A DNA stretch of 64,000 bases from Chloroflexota bacterium (GCA_005883625.1 VBDU01000034.1:4160-68159); one strand, 5' to 3'. Counted from the first letter of the stretch, positions 26,949-36,215 are shown. Notes: generated by a model from the letters alone, not told the origin. Translations and numbers: made by a program.

Positions 26949-26972
26949 GCGGGATTGAGCGCGATTGAGCGC
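26943..26972. repeat. 3 x 10-bp tandem repeat GATTGAGCG(G/C). It contains the M20 stop (TGA) and the TTG start of the next MFS gene.
   Basis: Read directly: gattgagcgg-gattgagcgc-gattgagcgc. Confidence 0.7.
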
Positions 26973-28152
26973 GCGCGAGCGGCGCACCCTCCTCTTCCTC
27001 CTCGGCTACCTCACCTTCTCCGCGGTCTACGTGGGCGTCGTCATCGCGCCGGTCCTCACGCCGATCGCCTCAGAATTCGACATCAGCACGGGGACGGCGG
27101 GCCTCGTGGTCGCCGCGTACGGCGCGCCGGGGATCCTCGTCGCCCTCCTCGCGGGCCCGTACTCCGACCGGTTCGGCCGCAAGCGCTTCCTCGTGGCGGG
27201 CTCCGTCGTCATGGGCGTCTTCACGGTCCTCGCGGCGTTCGCGACGAGCTTCGGGCTGCTCGTCGCGCTCCGGATGGTCGCCGGGGTCGGCTCGTCGGTC
27301 ATCTATCCGAACAGCAACGCGATGCTCGGCGACAACTTCCCGTATCGCGAGCGCGGCCGCGCGATCTCAACGGTGATCGGCATGAACACGATGGCCTCGA
27401 TCGTCGGCGTCCCCCTCGCGGGGATCGTCGCCGAGGCGACGAGCTGGCGCGTCTCGCTCGTGATCGTGGGCGTGCTCTCGATCGTCGCGGCGATGCTGCT
27501 GCACCGATTCCTGCGGCCCGCGCAGGTCGCGATCAACGAGTCCCGCGTGCGCGAGCTCTACCGCCGGATCCTCACGAACCGCTCGGCGCTCGGGGCGATC
27601 GCCTCGAGCCTCCTCGGCTCGCTCTACTGGTTCACCTGGGCCACGTACATCGTCGTGTTCTTCCAGCACACCTTCGGCCTCGCCGAGGGTCTCGCGTCGA
27701 CGTTCGCGCTGACGCAGGGCCTCGGCGTGCTCGTGGGGAGCCAGCTCGGAGGGCGGATCGGCGCCCGTATCGGCCATCGGCCCGTCGTGGCCGGGAGCGT
27801 GCTGCTCTCGGGTGCGCTCCTGCTCCTCCAGACGAACCTGACGCCGCCGCTGCTCGCCACGGCCCTTCTGAATCTCGCGCTGTCAGCCGTCATCGGAGCG
27901 CGCTTCGCGTCGAATACGACCCTTCTGACCGAGCAGGTCCCCGAAGCGCGGGGCACGCTGCTCGCGCTATCGGCGGCCGTGACGAGCGCGAGCATGGTCG
28001 CGGCCGCCGCGATCGGCGGCGTGCTCATCGACGGCTACGGGTTCTGGGCGCTCGGCGTCTTCTGCATGGGCGCCGCGCTGCTCGCCGCGATCGTCGTCAC
28101 CGTGTTCGTGCGTGAGGAGCCGCTCGACCTCGAGATCGCGCCGGCGGCTTAG
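26965..28152 (+). CDS. MFS transporter.
   Basis: 395 aa with 12 TMS and the loop motif PYSDRFGRKR. TTG start. Confidence 0.8.
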   Translation: MSARERRTLLFLLGYLTFSAVYVGVVIAPVLTPIASEFDISTGTAGLVVAAYGAPGILVALLAGPYSDRFGRKRFLVAGSVVMGVFTVLAAFATSFGLLVALRMVAGVGSSVIYPNSNAMLGDNFPYRERGRAISTVIGMNTMASIVGVPLAGIVAEATSWRVSLVIVGVLSIVAAMLLHRFLRPAQVAINESRVRELYRRILTNRSALGAIASSLLGSLYWFTWATYIVVFFQHTFGLAEGLASTFALTQGLGVLVGSQLGGRIGARIGHRPVVAGSVLLSGALLLLQTNLTPPLLATALLNLALSAVIGARFASNTTLLTEQVPEARGTLLALSAAVTSASMVAAAAIGGVLIDGYGFWALGVFCMGAALLAAIVVTVFVREEPLDLEIAPAA

Positions 28153-28612
28153 CCGCGCCCTTCGCGCCCCAGCTCATGCCATGCGCGTTCGACCACTCGT
28201 GCCAGTCGGGCACCGGCTCGCTCACCGTCCAAAGGAAGTGGTAGGCGCCGCTGTCGCCGACGAACTTGAAGCGCTTCTTGAGGTCCTTCGCGAGATCCTC
28301 GTACTCGTCGAACGAGCGGAGGTGCTTGCGAAAGCCGCCGTCGCGCTCGAGGTCGAGGATCGCCTGCGCGTTGTGCACCACGGCCGCGATCTTCGGGCGG
28401 CTTCGGATGAGGCGTTCGTCCTTCGCGAGCCTGTCGATCTCCCGATCGCCGAGCCGCGCCACGCGCTCGATCTTGAAGTTTTGGAAGCCGGCACGGATCC
28501 CGGGCCACTTCGCATCCACCACGCGCCAGCTGATCCCGGCCTGGAAGACGCCCCTCGCGAGCTGCTCGAGATAGTCGTCCAGCCCTTTCGGCTTGATCCG
28601 CGGCGGCTCCAC
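28097..28612 (-). CDS. tag: DNA-3-methyladenine glycosylase I (Tag)-like protein lacking the canonical N-terminal zinc and HDxEWG segment.
   Basis: FQAGISWRVVDAKWPGIRAGFQNFKIERVARL...IRSRPKIAAVVHNAQAIL...KKRFKFVGDSGAYHFL aligns to the Adenine_glyco family. The start (GTG at 28612 or ATG at 28708) is uncertain. The 3' end overlaps the convergent MFS gene by ~56 nt. Confidence 0.6.
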   Translation of the reverse strand: MEPPRIKPKGLDDYLEQLARGVFQAGISWRVVDAKWPGIRAGFQNFKIERVARLGDREIDRLAKDERLIRSRPKIAAVVHNAQAILDLERDGGFRKHLRSFDEYEDLAKDLKKRFKFVGDSGAYHFLWTVSEPVPDWHEWSNAHGMSWGAKGAAKPPARSRGRAAPHARTR

Positions 28613-28738
28613 GGGCGCGAACTCTAGCGCTCCGACCGCGATCGTTGTCCAACTGTTACAAGCGAGACCTCCGCGATCGGCCGCTCGGCATGTCTCCTGC
28701 CCGCACATTGGTCGCTCAACTCGGAAAGGAGCAAGCCA

Positions 28739-28958
28739 ATGGCACGGAAACCAGGTGGCGGAATGACCGTTGCCGAGGCTGGCCGGATGGGTGGCCGGTT
28801 GGTCAGCGAGAAGTACGGCCCGGAGTTCTACGAGAAGATCGGGAAGATTCGAGCGGATCGGTCGCAAGGGCGGGCAGAAGGTCGCCGATCTCATCGAGCG
28901 CGCGAAGACGCTCGAGGAGCCGATCGCGCCGAAGGAAGAGCCGGCCGCCTCAGGCTAG
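28739..28958 (+). CDS. KGG-repeat general stress protein with an apparent +1 frameshift (candidate pseudogene or sequencing error).
   Basis: Frame A reads MARKPGGGMTVAEAGRMGGRLVSEKYGPEFYEKIGKI and then runs on without a stop. Frame B reads ...FERIGRKGGQKVADLIERAKTLEEPIAPKEEPAASG*. The junction is at the near-duplicated gagaagatcgggaagattc / gagcggatcggtcgcaagg (~28841-28880). Confidence 0.5.
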
Positions 28959-28976
28959 CGCGGGGCAGGACGGGCA

Positions 28977-28996
28977 GCGGGGGCACAGCCCCCGCT
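28977..28996 (+). terminator. GC hairpin GCGGGGGC-ACA-GCCCCCGC followed by TACTTTGG (REP-family or terminator).
   Basis: It lies between the KGG gene and the cgs-like gene. Confidence 0.5.
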
Positions 28997-29006
28997 ACTT
29001 TGGTCC

Positions 29007-30206
29007 TTGATGGACCAGAGGGAGCTCGGAACGGGCACGCGCCTCGTACGTGCCGCCCGCTCGCTCCCATCGGGAGACGGACACCCCGTCGTCCCGGCCC
29101 TGATCCAGAGCGTCGCGTTCGACTACGGCTCTGCCGCCGAGCAGGACGCGGTCTTCGGCAACGAGCGGCCCGGCTACGTCTACGGGCGGTATGGCACGCC
29201 CACGGTCGCCGCGCTCGAGCTCGCGCTCGCCGAGCTCGACGCGGTCGAGGCCGTGACCTGCTTCGTCACCGGCATGGCCGCGATCGCCGCGTTCGTCGAC
29301 GCGTGCGCCGTCTCGTCGGGTGGCCGGGTCGTCGCGCAGGAGGACAGCTACGGGCAGACGCGCGCCCTCTTCGAGCGCTGGAGCCGCGAGCGGGGGGTCG
29401 ACATCGTCTTCGTGGACACAACGGATCACGCCGCGGTCGAGCGCGCGCTGCGCGCCAAGCCGACCACGCTGCTCTACGCGGAGGCGATCGCAAATCCGCT
29501 CCTCCGCGTGAACGACATCGCCGCGCTCGCGGCGCTCGCGCACGGCAGCGGCGCGCGTCTCGCCGTGGACGCGACCTTCGCGACCCCGATCCTGTTCCGC
29601 CCAGCGACGCTCGGCGCCGACGTCGTCATCCACTCGCTGACCAAGTACGTGAACGGACACGGCGACGTCATGGGCGGCGCCGTTGGCGGATCGTCCGAGA
29701 TCGCACGCGCCATGCGCGACCGGACGATCCTCGACGGCGGCTACCTTCCGCCACACGAGGCCTGGCTCGTGATCCGCGGCATGCGCACGCTCGCGCTGCG
29801 CGTCGCGCGCCAGTGCGAGAGCGCGCTTCACGTCGCGCGCCACCTCGCCGCGCACCCGAAGATCGCGCGGGTGCGCTATCCGGGCCTCCCCGACCACCCG
29901 CAGCACGAAGTCGCCAAGCGGCAGTTCGGCGGACGGTTCGGCGGCGTCGTCTCCTTCGCGCTGAAGGAAGACTCTCGCGAAGCCGCGTTCCGCTTCCTCG
30001 ACGGGCTCGAGCTCGCGGCGTCGGCGACCACGATCGGCGATCTCTTCACCGAGGTCCTCTACCCGCCGATCTCGTCGCACCGCCGACTGCCGGCGGCCGA
30101 GCGCAAGCGGCTGGGCATCACCGATGGGTTCCTCCGGATGTCGGTCGGGATCGAGGAGCCCGACGACATCGTCGCCGACCTCGACGCAGCGCTAGCTCAC
30201 GTCTGA
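29007..30206 (+). CDS. PLP-dependent Cys/Met-metabolism enzyme (cystathionine gamma-synthase / O-acylhomoserine sulfhydrylase family).
   Basis: SLTKYVNGHGDVMGGAV places the PLP lysine in the Cys_Met_Meta_PP context. GRYGTPTVAALE is present. Confidence 0.8.
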   Translation: MMDQRELGTGTRLVRAARSLPSGDGHPVVPALIQSVAFDYGSAAEQDAVFGNERPGYVYGRYGTPTVAALELALAELDAVEAVTCFVTGMAAIAAFVDACAVSSGGRVVAQEDSYGQTRALFERWSRERGVDIVFVDTTDHAAVERALRAKPTTLLYAEAIANPLLRVNDIAALAALAHGSGARLAVDATFATPILFRPATLGADVVIHSLTKYVNGHGDVMGGAVGGSSEIARAMRDRTILDGGYLPPHEAWLVIRGMRTLALRVARQCESALHVARHLAAHPKIARVRYPGLPDHPQHEVAKRQFGGRFGGVVSFALKEDSREAAFRFLDGLELAASATTIGDLFTEVLYPPISSHRRLPAAERKRLGITDGFLRMSVGIEEPDDIVADLDAALAHV

Positions 30207-30214
30207 GCCGACTC

Positions 30215-31342
30215 GTGCCGGGGCCCCGCGCGTTGGTCTTCAACTGCCACATCACCGGTCTCGCGGTCGCGCGCTCGCTCGCCGCTCACGGCGTCGAGGT
30301 GATCGCGCTCGATCCCGACCCGCGCGGCCTCGGGCAGGCCTCCAAGGCGGTCGTACGGCGTTACGCGTGCCCGAACCCGCTCGAAGCCGAGACGGCGTTC
30401 GCCGACTTCCTCGTCGAGCGCGCCGACGAGCTCGGGCGCGGGGCCGTGCTCTTTCCGACCAACGACGAGTGGGTGCTCGCGGTGGCCCGGAACCGGAAGC
30501 GTCTCGCCGAGTGCTACCGCATCCCGTTCAGCGAGCTCGCAGCGGTCGACGCGGTGCTCGACAAGCGTCAGCTCTACGCCAAGGCGGAGCGTCTGGGGAT
30601 CCCGATCCCGCGCACCTACTCGCTCGCCGATCCAGCCGGCACGGCACGGGCGATCCGCTACCCCGCGATCGTGAAGCCCGCCGAGCAGCGCCGCTTCTAC
30701 GACCGGTTCGGCGTGAAGGTCTTCCGCGCCGAGAACGCGAGCGAGCTCGTCCGCTTCGCACACCAGGCCGCGGACCTCACCTGCGTGGCGCAGGAGATCG
30801 TGGACGTTCCGGCCGGCGGGTTCTACTCGCTGTGCTCCTACGTCGGACCGAACGGCGAGGTGCGCGGCGCCTTCGTGGGCCGCAAGCTCGAGCAGTATCC
30901 GGAGGGATTCGGCACGGGCTGCCTCGTCGTCGGCGACCAGGTAGCCGACATCGTGGAGCGGGGGACGGCCATCCTCCGCGAGTTCGGCTATCACGGGATC
31001 AGCGAGGTCGAGTTCATCTTCGATCCGGAGCGCAACGAGCATCTGCTGCTCGACGTGAACCCGCGCGTGTGGAAGTGGATCGCGCTCCCGATCGCGAGCG
31101 GCGTCGACCTCCCGTGGCTCGCGTACAGCGAAGCCATCGGGAAGCCGGCGAGCGCGGGCGCGATCCGCGACGGGCTGCGCTGGATCTACGAGCGCGACTA
31201 CGCGCTGCTCTCGCGCGAGCGACGGCTCTTCGCCGCGACCGGCGACGTGGTCAACGCGGTATGGGACCCCGACGACCCGGGTCCGTTCGCGCAGCTCATC
31301 GCGAACGAAGGACCGGGCGGGAAGTACTACTGCGCCTGCTAG
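30215..31342 (+). CDS. ATP-grasp family ligase (COG3919-like predicted ATP-grasp enzyme).
   Basis: 375 aa with a GTG start 9 nt after the upstream stop. The pre-ATP-grasp region VLFPTNDEWVLAVARN is followed by IVKPAEQRRFYDRFG, EIVDVPAGGFYSLCSYVG and EVEFIFDPERNEHLLLDVNPR. Confidence 0.7.
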   Translation: MPGPRALVFNCHITGLAVARSLAAHGVEVIALDPDPRGLGQASKAVVRRYACPNPLEAETAFADFLVERADELGRGAVLFPTNDEWVLAVARNRKRLAECYRIPFSELAAVDAVLDKRQLYAKAERLGIPIPRTYSLADPAGTARAIRYPAIVKPAEQRRFYDRFGVKVFRAENASELVRFAHQAADLTCVAQEIVDVPAGGFYSLCSYVGPNGEVRGAFVGRKLEQYPEGFGTGCLVVGDQVADIVERGTAILREFGYHGISEVEFIFDPERNEHLLLDVNPRVWKWIALPIASGVDLPWLAYSEAIGKPASAGAIRDGLRWIYERDYALLSRERRLFAATGDVVNAVWDPDDPGPFAQLIANEGPGGKYYCAC

Positions 31343-31357
31343 CCGCACAGCGGCTAG
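31339..31357. terminator. Perfect 7-bp hairpin TAGCCGC-ACA-GCGGCTA that starts in the ATP-grasp stop codon.
   Basis: It lies between the convergent ATP-grasp and DHA2 genes. Confidence 0.45.
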
Positions 31358-31459
31358 CGGGCGCAGCTGCGTCGGCGCGAAGCGCCGTGATGCAGACACT
31401 GCGCGCACGAGCGAGCGGAGCGAGCGAGTGAGACACCGCGCACGCCCAGTCGACTGCGG

Positions 31460-33130
31460 CTATTTCCCCGCTTCGCCGGCGAGCGGCGAGGGTTGCCGAT
31501 CCGGCGACGGCGGGGCGGCCGTGGCCTCTTCTCGTACGGGCCCGCGCATCGGAGCCTCGCGCAGGAACACGACCATGACGACCGCCACGAGCGCGGCGAC
31601 GATCCCGAAGTCGAACGTACTGGCCGTCGCGAGCGAGAACGCTCGGTGGATCGCGCCGACGATGTCCGGGACGAATGGCTCGAGCTGCGCTCTCGTCGTG
31701 ACCGGGGCGCCGGCGAGGATGGCCTGCCCGAGGTCGCCGACGCCCGTGAGACGGTTCAACGATCCGGCTCCTGACGCGGAGAAGGAGGCGACGATCTGCG
31801 GGGGTAGCGACGACGCCGCCAGCTGTCGCGGGAGCTCCTCGACCAACCGGGAGCCGAACACGGTGCCCGCGGCGGCGAGACCGACGCTCCCACCGACCTG
31901 TTGGAACAGGGTGAGGTTGCTCGTCGCCGTCCCGATCTGTCGGAGCGGCACGGCGCCCTGCACGACGAGCGTGAAGACCGAGAAGATCGGGCCGACGCCG
32001 ATGCCGGTGACGAACATCCACGACCAGAGGAGCGGGAGCGGCGTGTCGGCGCGGAGGTTCGACAGCAGGAACAGCCCGATCGCGAGCACGACCGACGCAC
32101 CGAGCGCGAGGGGCTTGTAGCGCCCGGTCCGCGCGACCAGCTGGCCCGAAAGGATCGCGCTCAGGATCAGACCGCCGAGCAACGCCAGGATCTGGTAGCC
32201 CGATTGCGTGGCGCTGGCGCCTCCCACCACCTGGAACCACCGGGGCAGGAAGACGATCGGGGCGAAGAAGGCCATCGACGCGACGAACATCGCGATCACG
32301 GAGATCGTGAAGGAGCGGTTGCGGAAGAGCTCGAGCGGCACGATCGGATCGATCGCACGGGACTCGATCCACACGAAGACGGCCGCGATCACCAGGCCCA
32401 GCGCGATGAGACCGCCGACCGATGGGTCACCCCAGCTCGCGCTTTGCTTGTTGGTGAGTCCGACGAGGATCGGGACGAGCGCCGCGACGAGGACGGTCGC
32501 ACCGAGATAGTCGATACGCGGCGCCTCCGCGCTCGGGCGACCTCTGGGCAGCGCGCGCCAGATGACGGCGAAGACGACGGCGCCGACGGGCAGATTCACG
32601 AAGAACACCCACTGCCAGCCGACGGTGTCGGTGATGACCCCGCCGATCGCCGGGCCGATGAGCGAGCTCAGCCCGAAGACCGCGCCGACGAGGCCCTGGT
32701 ACTTGCCGCGCTCCGCCGGGTCGAACAGGTCGCCGATGACCGCAAGGGCGACCGGGAAGAGCGCCCCGGCGCCGAGGCCCTGGAGCGCGCGAAAGCCGAT
32801 GAGCTGCCACATTTCACGCGAGAACCCCGACAGCGCGGAGCCGACGAGGAAGACCCCGACCGCGAAGAGGAGTACGGGACGTCGACCGAAGAGGTCAGAG
32901 AGCTTGCCGTAGATCGGGCCGCTGATCGTGGCCGTCAGCAGGTAGGCGGTGAAGGCCCAGGTGTAGATCTCGTTCCCGTGAAGATCCGTCACGATGCGCG
33001 GAAGCGCCGTCCCGACGATCGTTTGATCGAGCGCCGCGAGGAACAGTCCGAGCATGACCGCGATCACGATCTGCGTCCGGGTGCGGGGGTCGATCGCCAC
33101 GGACGCGACGTTGGGGTAGGGCAAGGCCAT
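31460..33130 (-). CDS. DHA2-family MFS efflux transporter (14 TMS).
   Basis: 556 aa from MALPYPNV, with GGAGGA 8 nt upstream. Carries the DHA2 motifs GKLSDLFGRRP and LQGLGAGALFPVALAVIGD. The listed ORF's 57-aa N-terminal extension is probably not translated. Confidence 0.85.
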   Translation of the reverse strand: MALPYPNVASVAIDPRTRTQIVIAVMLGLFLAALDQTIVGTALPRIVTDLHGNEIYTWAFTAYLLTATISGPIYGKLSDLFGRRPVLLFAVGVFLVGSALSGFSREMWQLIGFRALQGLGAGALFPVALAVIGDLFDPAERGKYQGLVGAVFGLSSLIGPAIGGVITDTVGWQWVFFVNLPVGAVVFAVIWRALPRGRPSAEAPRIDYLGATVLVAALVPILVGLTNKQSASWGDPSVGGLIALGLVIAAVFVWIESRAIDPIVPLELFRNRSFTISVIAMFVASMAFFAPIVFLPRWFQVVGGASATQSGYQILALLGGLILSAILSGQLVARTGRYKPLALGASVVLAIGLFLLSNLRADTPLPLLWSWMFVTGIGVGPIFSVFTLVVQGAVPLRQIGTATSNLTLFQQVGGSVGLAAAGTVFGSRLVEELPRQLAASSLPPQIVASFSASGAGSLNRLTGVGDLGQAILAGAPVTTRAQLEPFVPDIVGAIHRAFSLATASTFDFGIVAALVAVVMVVFLREAPMRGPVREEATAAPPSPDRQPSPLAGEAGK

Positions 33131-33245
33131 AGGGGAGTCCTCCTGTCGCGGGGTCTGCCTATTCAACATCCCAAGGACGCTCGAAATTCGTGATCTGCGA
33201 CATAGTTCGGTCGTTCCGTTAGATGTTTTGCAGTTCACTGGTGGC

Positions 33246-33806
33246 GTGAGCCAGCGGAGCCTTCTCCGGGTCGCGGGCGTCGACGTCGGCGGTCGACGCA
33301 AAGGTTTTCATGCCGCGGTCATCGAGCGTCGCTTCCTGCTCGCGGGCCCCGTCTCCCTTCGCAGCGTCGGCTCCGCCATCGAGTGGCTCCTGGAATACCG
33401 TCCACTGCTGGTCGCGGTGGATGCGCCGATCGAGCTCGGCCCCCGTGCGTGCGAGCGCGACCTCGCGCGGACGATCTGCGGGCTGTACTACACGCCCGCG
33501 GCCGTCGAGGGGCCGTTCTACGAGTGGATGCGGCACGGGCTCGAGCTGTACGCGGCGCTGCGCCACGCAGGCCTTCGCGCGGTCGAGTGCTTTCCCACGG
33601 CGACGTGGACGCGAGTCGCCGGGCCACGCGGAAGCCGCCGCCGTGCCGGCTGGTCGGCCGCGGCCCTGTCCAGGCTGCGCGTCCGCAGCGTCCCATCGCG
33701 CATCGGACAGGACGGTCGCGACGCGATCGGCGCGGCGTACACCGCCTGGCTCCACGTGAGCGGACGCACCGAGTCGTTCGGGTCGATCGTCGTCCCTCGT
33801 CGCTAG
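33246..33806 (+). CDS. DUF429-family protein (predicted RNase-H-like fold).
   Basis: LRVAGVDVGGRRKGFHAAVIE...LVAVDAPIELG fits DUF429. GTG start. Confidence 0.55.
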   Translation: MSQRSLLRVAGVDVGGRRKGFHAAVIERRFLLAGPVSLRSVGSAIEWLLEYRPLLVAVDAPIELGPRACERDLARTICGLYYTPAAVEGPFYEWMRHGLELYAALRHAGLRAVECFPTATWTRVAGPRGSRRRAGWSAAALSRLRVRSVPSRIGQDGRDAIGAAYTAWLHVSGRTESFGSIVVPRR

Positions 33807-33813
33807 CATCCGG

Positions 33814-34107
33814 ATGATGCCTGCCGAGCGGATCCGGCTACGTCACCCCGATCGCACGAAAGCGGGGCCGAACATCGAGCGCTCCAGGTACGAGCTCGTG
33901 CGGAAGCAGATCCTCGCGCTGGTGCCACGGAGTGGGCCGGGGATCGCCTGGACCGACCTGCGCGACGCGGCGCACCGCGGGCTCGGTACGAGGCTCGCGG
34001 GCGGCAACAACTGGTGGTACACGAGCGTCGTGAAGCTGCACCTCGAGGCGATAGGCGAGATCGAGCGCTCGGGCGGCTCGCCGCAACGCCTGCTGCGGTC
34101 GAGGTAG
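33814..34107 (+). CDS. Hypothetical protein (97 aa).
   Basis: Protein-like composition. It sits 8 nt after DUF429 and 4 nt before the LLM gene, suggesting an operon. Confidence 0.5.
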   Translation: MMPAERIRLRHPDRTKAGPNIERSRYELVRKQILALVPRSGPGIAWTDLRDAAHRGLGTRLAGGNNWWYTSVVKLHLEAIGEIERSGGSPQRLLRSR

Positions 34108-34110
34108 CCC

Positions 34111-35166
34111 GTGCGTTTCGGCTTCTGGATGCCGGTCTTCGGCGGATGGTTGCGCAACGTCGAGGACGAGGGCATGCCCGCGACGTTCGACTACCAGCGC
34201 GACCTCGCGGTCCGCGCCGACCACGCGGGCTGGGACGTCACGCTCGTCGCCGAGCTGAACCTCAACGACATCAAGGGCCCCGAGGCCGATTGCCTCGAGG
34301 CGTGGACGACGGCGGCCGCGCTCGCCCCGCTCACGACGCGCCTCGAGCTCATGACGGCGGTCCGCCCGAACTTCCGGCTTCCCGCGCTCGTCGCAAAGGA
34401 GGCGGCGACGATCGATCGCATCGCGAACGGCCGCTTCACGCTGAACGTCGTCAGCGCATGGTGGGCCACCGAGAGCGCGATGTACGGCGGCGCCTGGGTC
34501 GAACACGACGAACGGTATGCGCGCACGGAGGAGTTCATCGCCGTTCTCAAGGGCATGTGGACGCGCGACGAGTACACGCTCGACGGCCGGTACTACACGA
34601 TCAAGGCGGCTCGCCTCGCGCCGAAGCCGGTGCAGCGACCGTGGCCCACGCTCTACGCGGGCGGCGAGTCGCCCGCGGCGAAGGATCTGATCGCGCGCGA
34701 GTGCGACGCGTACCTCATGCACGGCGATCCGCCCGATGTGCTCGCCGCGAAGGTCGCCGACATGCGGGAGCGCCGCGCGGCGCACGCCGCCCTCCCGCCG
34801 CTGCGCTTCGGCGTCGCCGCATACGCGATCGTCCGCCCGAGCGACGCCGAGGTGAAGAAGGAGCTCGCGCGCATCACCGACGTGCGCGCGAGCGCCCGCG
34901 GGTACGCGAGCTATCTCGACTTCATCAAAGGCTCGCACCTCGAGACGCAGGTCTCGCTCGAGGACTACAGCGTGTCGAACCGCGGGCTGCGGACCGGCTT
35001 GGTCGGCACGCCCGAGCAGGTCGCGGACCGGATCCGCGAGCTCGAGCGCGTCGGCATCGACCTGGTGCTCCTCCAGTGCAGCCCGCAGCGCGAAGAGATG
35101 GACCGGTTCGCCCAGGAGGTGTTCCCGCTGGTCGGAAAGGCGACGCCGGTCGCCGCGCCTCGGTAG
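34111..35166 (+). CDS. LLM-class flavin/F420-dependent oxidoreductase (luciferase-like monooxygenase).
   Basis: MRFGFWMPVFGG with a GTG start. LNVVSAWW and LYAGGESPAAKDLIARECDAYLMHG are present. Confidence 0.8.
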   Translation: MRFGFWMPVFGGWLRNVEDEGMPATFDYQRDLAVRADHAGWDVTLVAELNLNDIKGPEADCLEAWTTAAALAPLTTRLELMTAVRPNFRLPALVAKEAATIDRIANGRFTLNVVSAWWATESAMYGGAWVEHDERYARTEEFIAVLKGMWTRDEYTLDGRYYTIKAARLAPKPVQRPWPTLYAGGESPAAKDLIARECDAYLMHGDPPDVLAAKVADMRERRAAHAALPPLRFGVAAYAIVRPSDAEVKKELARITDVRASARGYASYLDFIKGSHLETQVSLEDYSVSNRGLRTGLVGTPEQVADRIRELERVGIDLVLLQCSPQREEMDRFAQEVFPLVGKATPVAAPR

Positions 35167-35203
35167 GATCGCGCGGCCGACACAGGTCGACGGGGAGGAT
35201 GAC

Positions 35204-36157
35204 ATGCAGCGCTGGCTCAGCTCATTCGTCGCGGTCCTCATGCTCGTCTCCGCACAACCGGTCCTCGCCGCGCAGCCCGAGCAGGGCGTCGTCAAGGACT
35301 TCGTGAACCCGACGCCGCCGCCGTGCAATAACCCGGAGGGAATCGCAGCGTCACCGGACGGACTGCTCTATGCCTCGGGGCTCTCGGGGAACGTCTGTGT
35401 CTACACGCTCTCCGGTGAACGAGTCCGCGTCATGCCGGTCGGGGCCGCGCTCCTGGGCGACCTCTTCGTCGCGGGCCAGGGTCTCTACGTGACCGACTTC
35501 GGCACCGGGCGCGTTCTGAAGGTCGATCCGCGCAGCGGCGCGGTCACGACGCTCGCCACCGGCTTCGGCGCGCCGAATGCGATCACCCAAGACCACCAGA
35601 GCACGCTGTACGTCTCCGATTCGTTCGCCGGCGCGATCTACACGGTGAGCCCGAATGGTGGCGGGAAGACCCTCTGGAAGGCGGACCCACTGCTCCTTCC
35701 GAACGGCTTCCCGCCGTTCGGCGCGAACGGCGTCGCGTTCGACCGTACGGAGAGCTTCCTTTACGTGGCGAACACGTCGACCGACCGGATCCTGCGCATC
35801 GCAGTGAACAAGGACGGCTCCGCAGGTGACATCTCCGTGTTCGCGGACGGCGCGACCGTCCACAACACGAGCGGAACGGCGCGCCCGCTCGACGGCGCAG
35901 ACGGCATCCAGTTCGACGTGCGCGGGAACCTCTGGGTCTGCGCGAACCAGGCGAACGAGATCCAGGTGCTCTCGCCCGACGCGGAGCTCTTCGCGAGCTA
36001 CGGACACAACCCGGGCGACGATCCGCTCGACTTCCCGGCGAGCCCGATCTTCCACGAGCGCGGGCTCTACATCGCGAATCTCGCGTTCTTCACCCCCGGC
36101 GGTGGCAAGCTTTCGGTCCTCGGCGTGCCGACGCCCGGCGCACCGATCGGCCACTAG
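35204..36157 (+). CDS. Secreted SMP-30/gluconolactonase/LRE-like beta-propeller protein.
   Basis: Signal peptide present. Blade-like repeats (LYVTDFGTGRVLKVD, LYVSDSFAGAIYTV, LYVANTSTDRILRI, ADGIQFDVRGNLWV) are seen. Confidence 0.7.
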   Translation: MQRWLSSFVAVLMLVSAQPVLAAQPEQGVVKDFVNPTPPPCNNPEGIAASPDGLLYASGLSGNVCVYTLSGERVRVMPVGAALLGDLFVAGQGLYVTDFGTGRVLKVDPRSGAVTTLATGFGAPNAITQDHQSTLYVSDSFAGAIYTVSPNGGGKTLWKADPLLLPNGFPPFGANGVAFDRTESFLYVANTSTDRILRIAVNKDGSAGDISVFADGATVHNTSGTARPLDGADGIQFDVRGNLWVCANQANEIQVLSPDAELFASYGHNPGDDPLDFPASPIFHERGLYIANLAFFTPGGGKLSVLGVPTPGAPIGH

Positions 36158-36215
36158 CGGTGACGAGGGAGCGGCGCGAGCCGCTCCCTTTCCTTCTCCT
36201 CGTAGCATCGAAGGC

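Noticed and set aside
28739-31342. 867-aa ORF fusing the KGG, PLP-enzyme and ATP-grasp genes
   Set aside because: It is only an open frame. The PLP enzyme is in a different frame (29007-30206), and the middle of this ORF is Arg-rich nonsense. It resolves into a frameshifted KGG gene plus the ATP-grasp gene (30215-31342).
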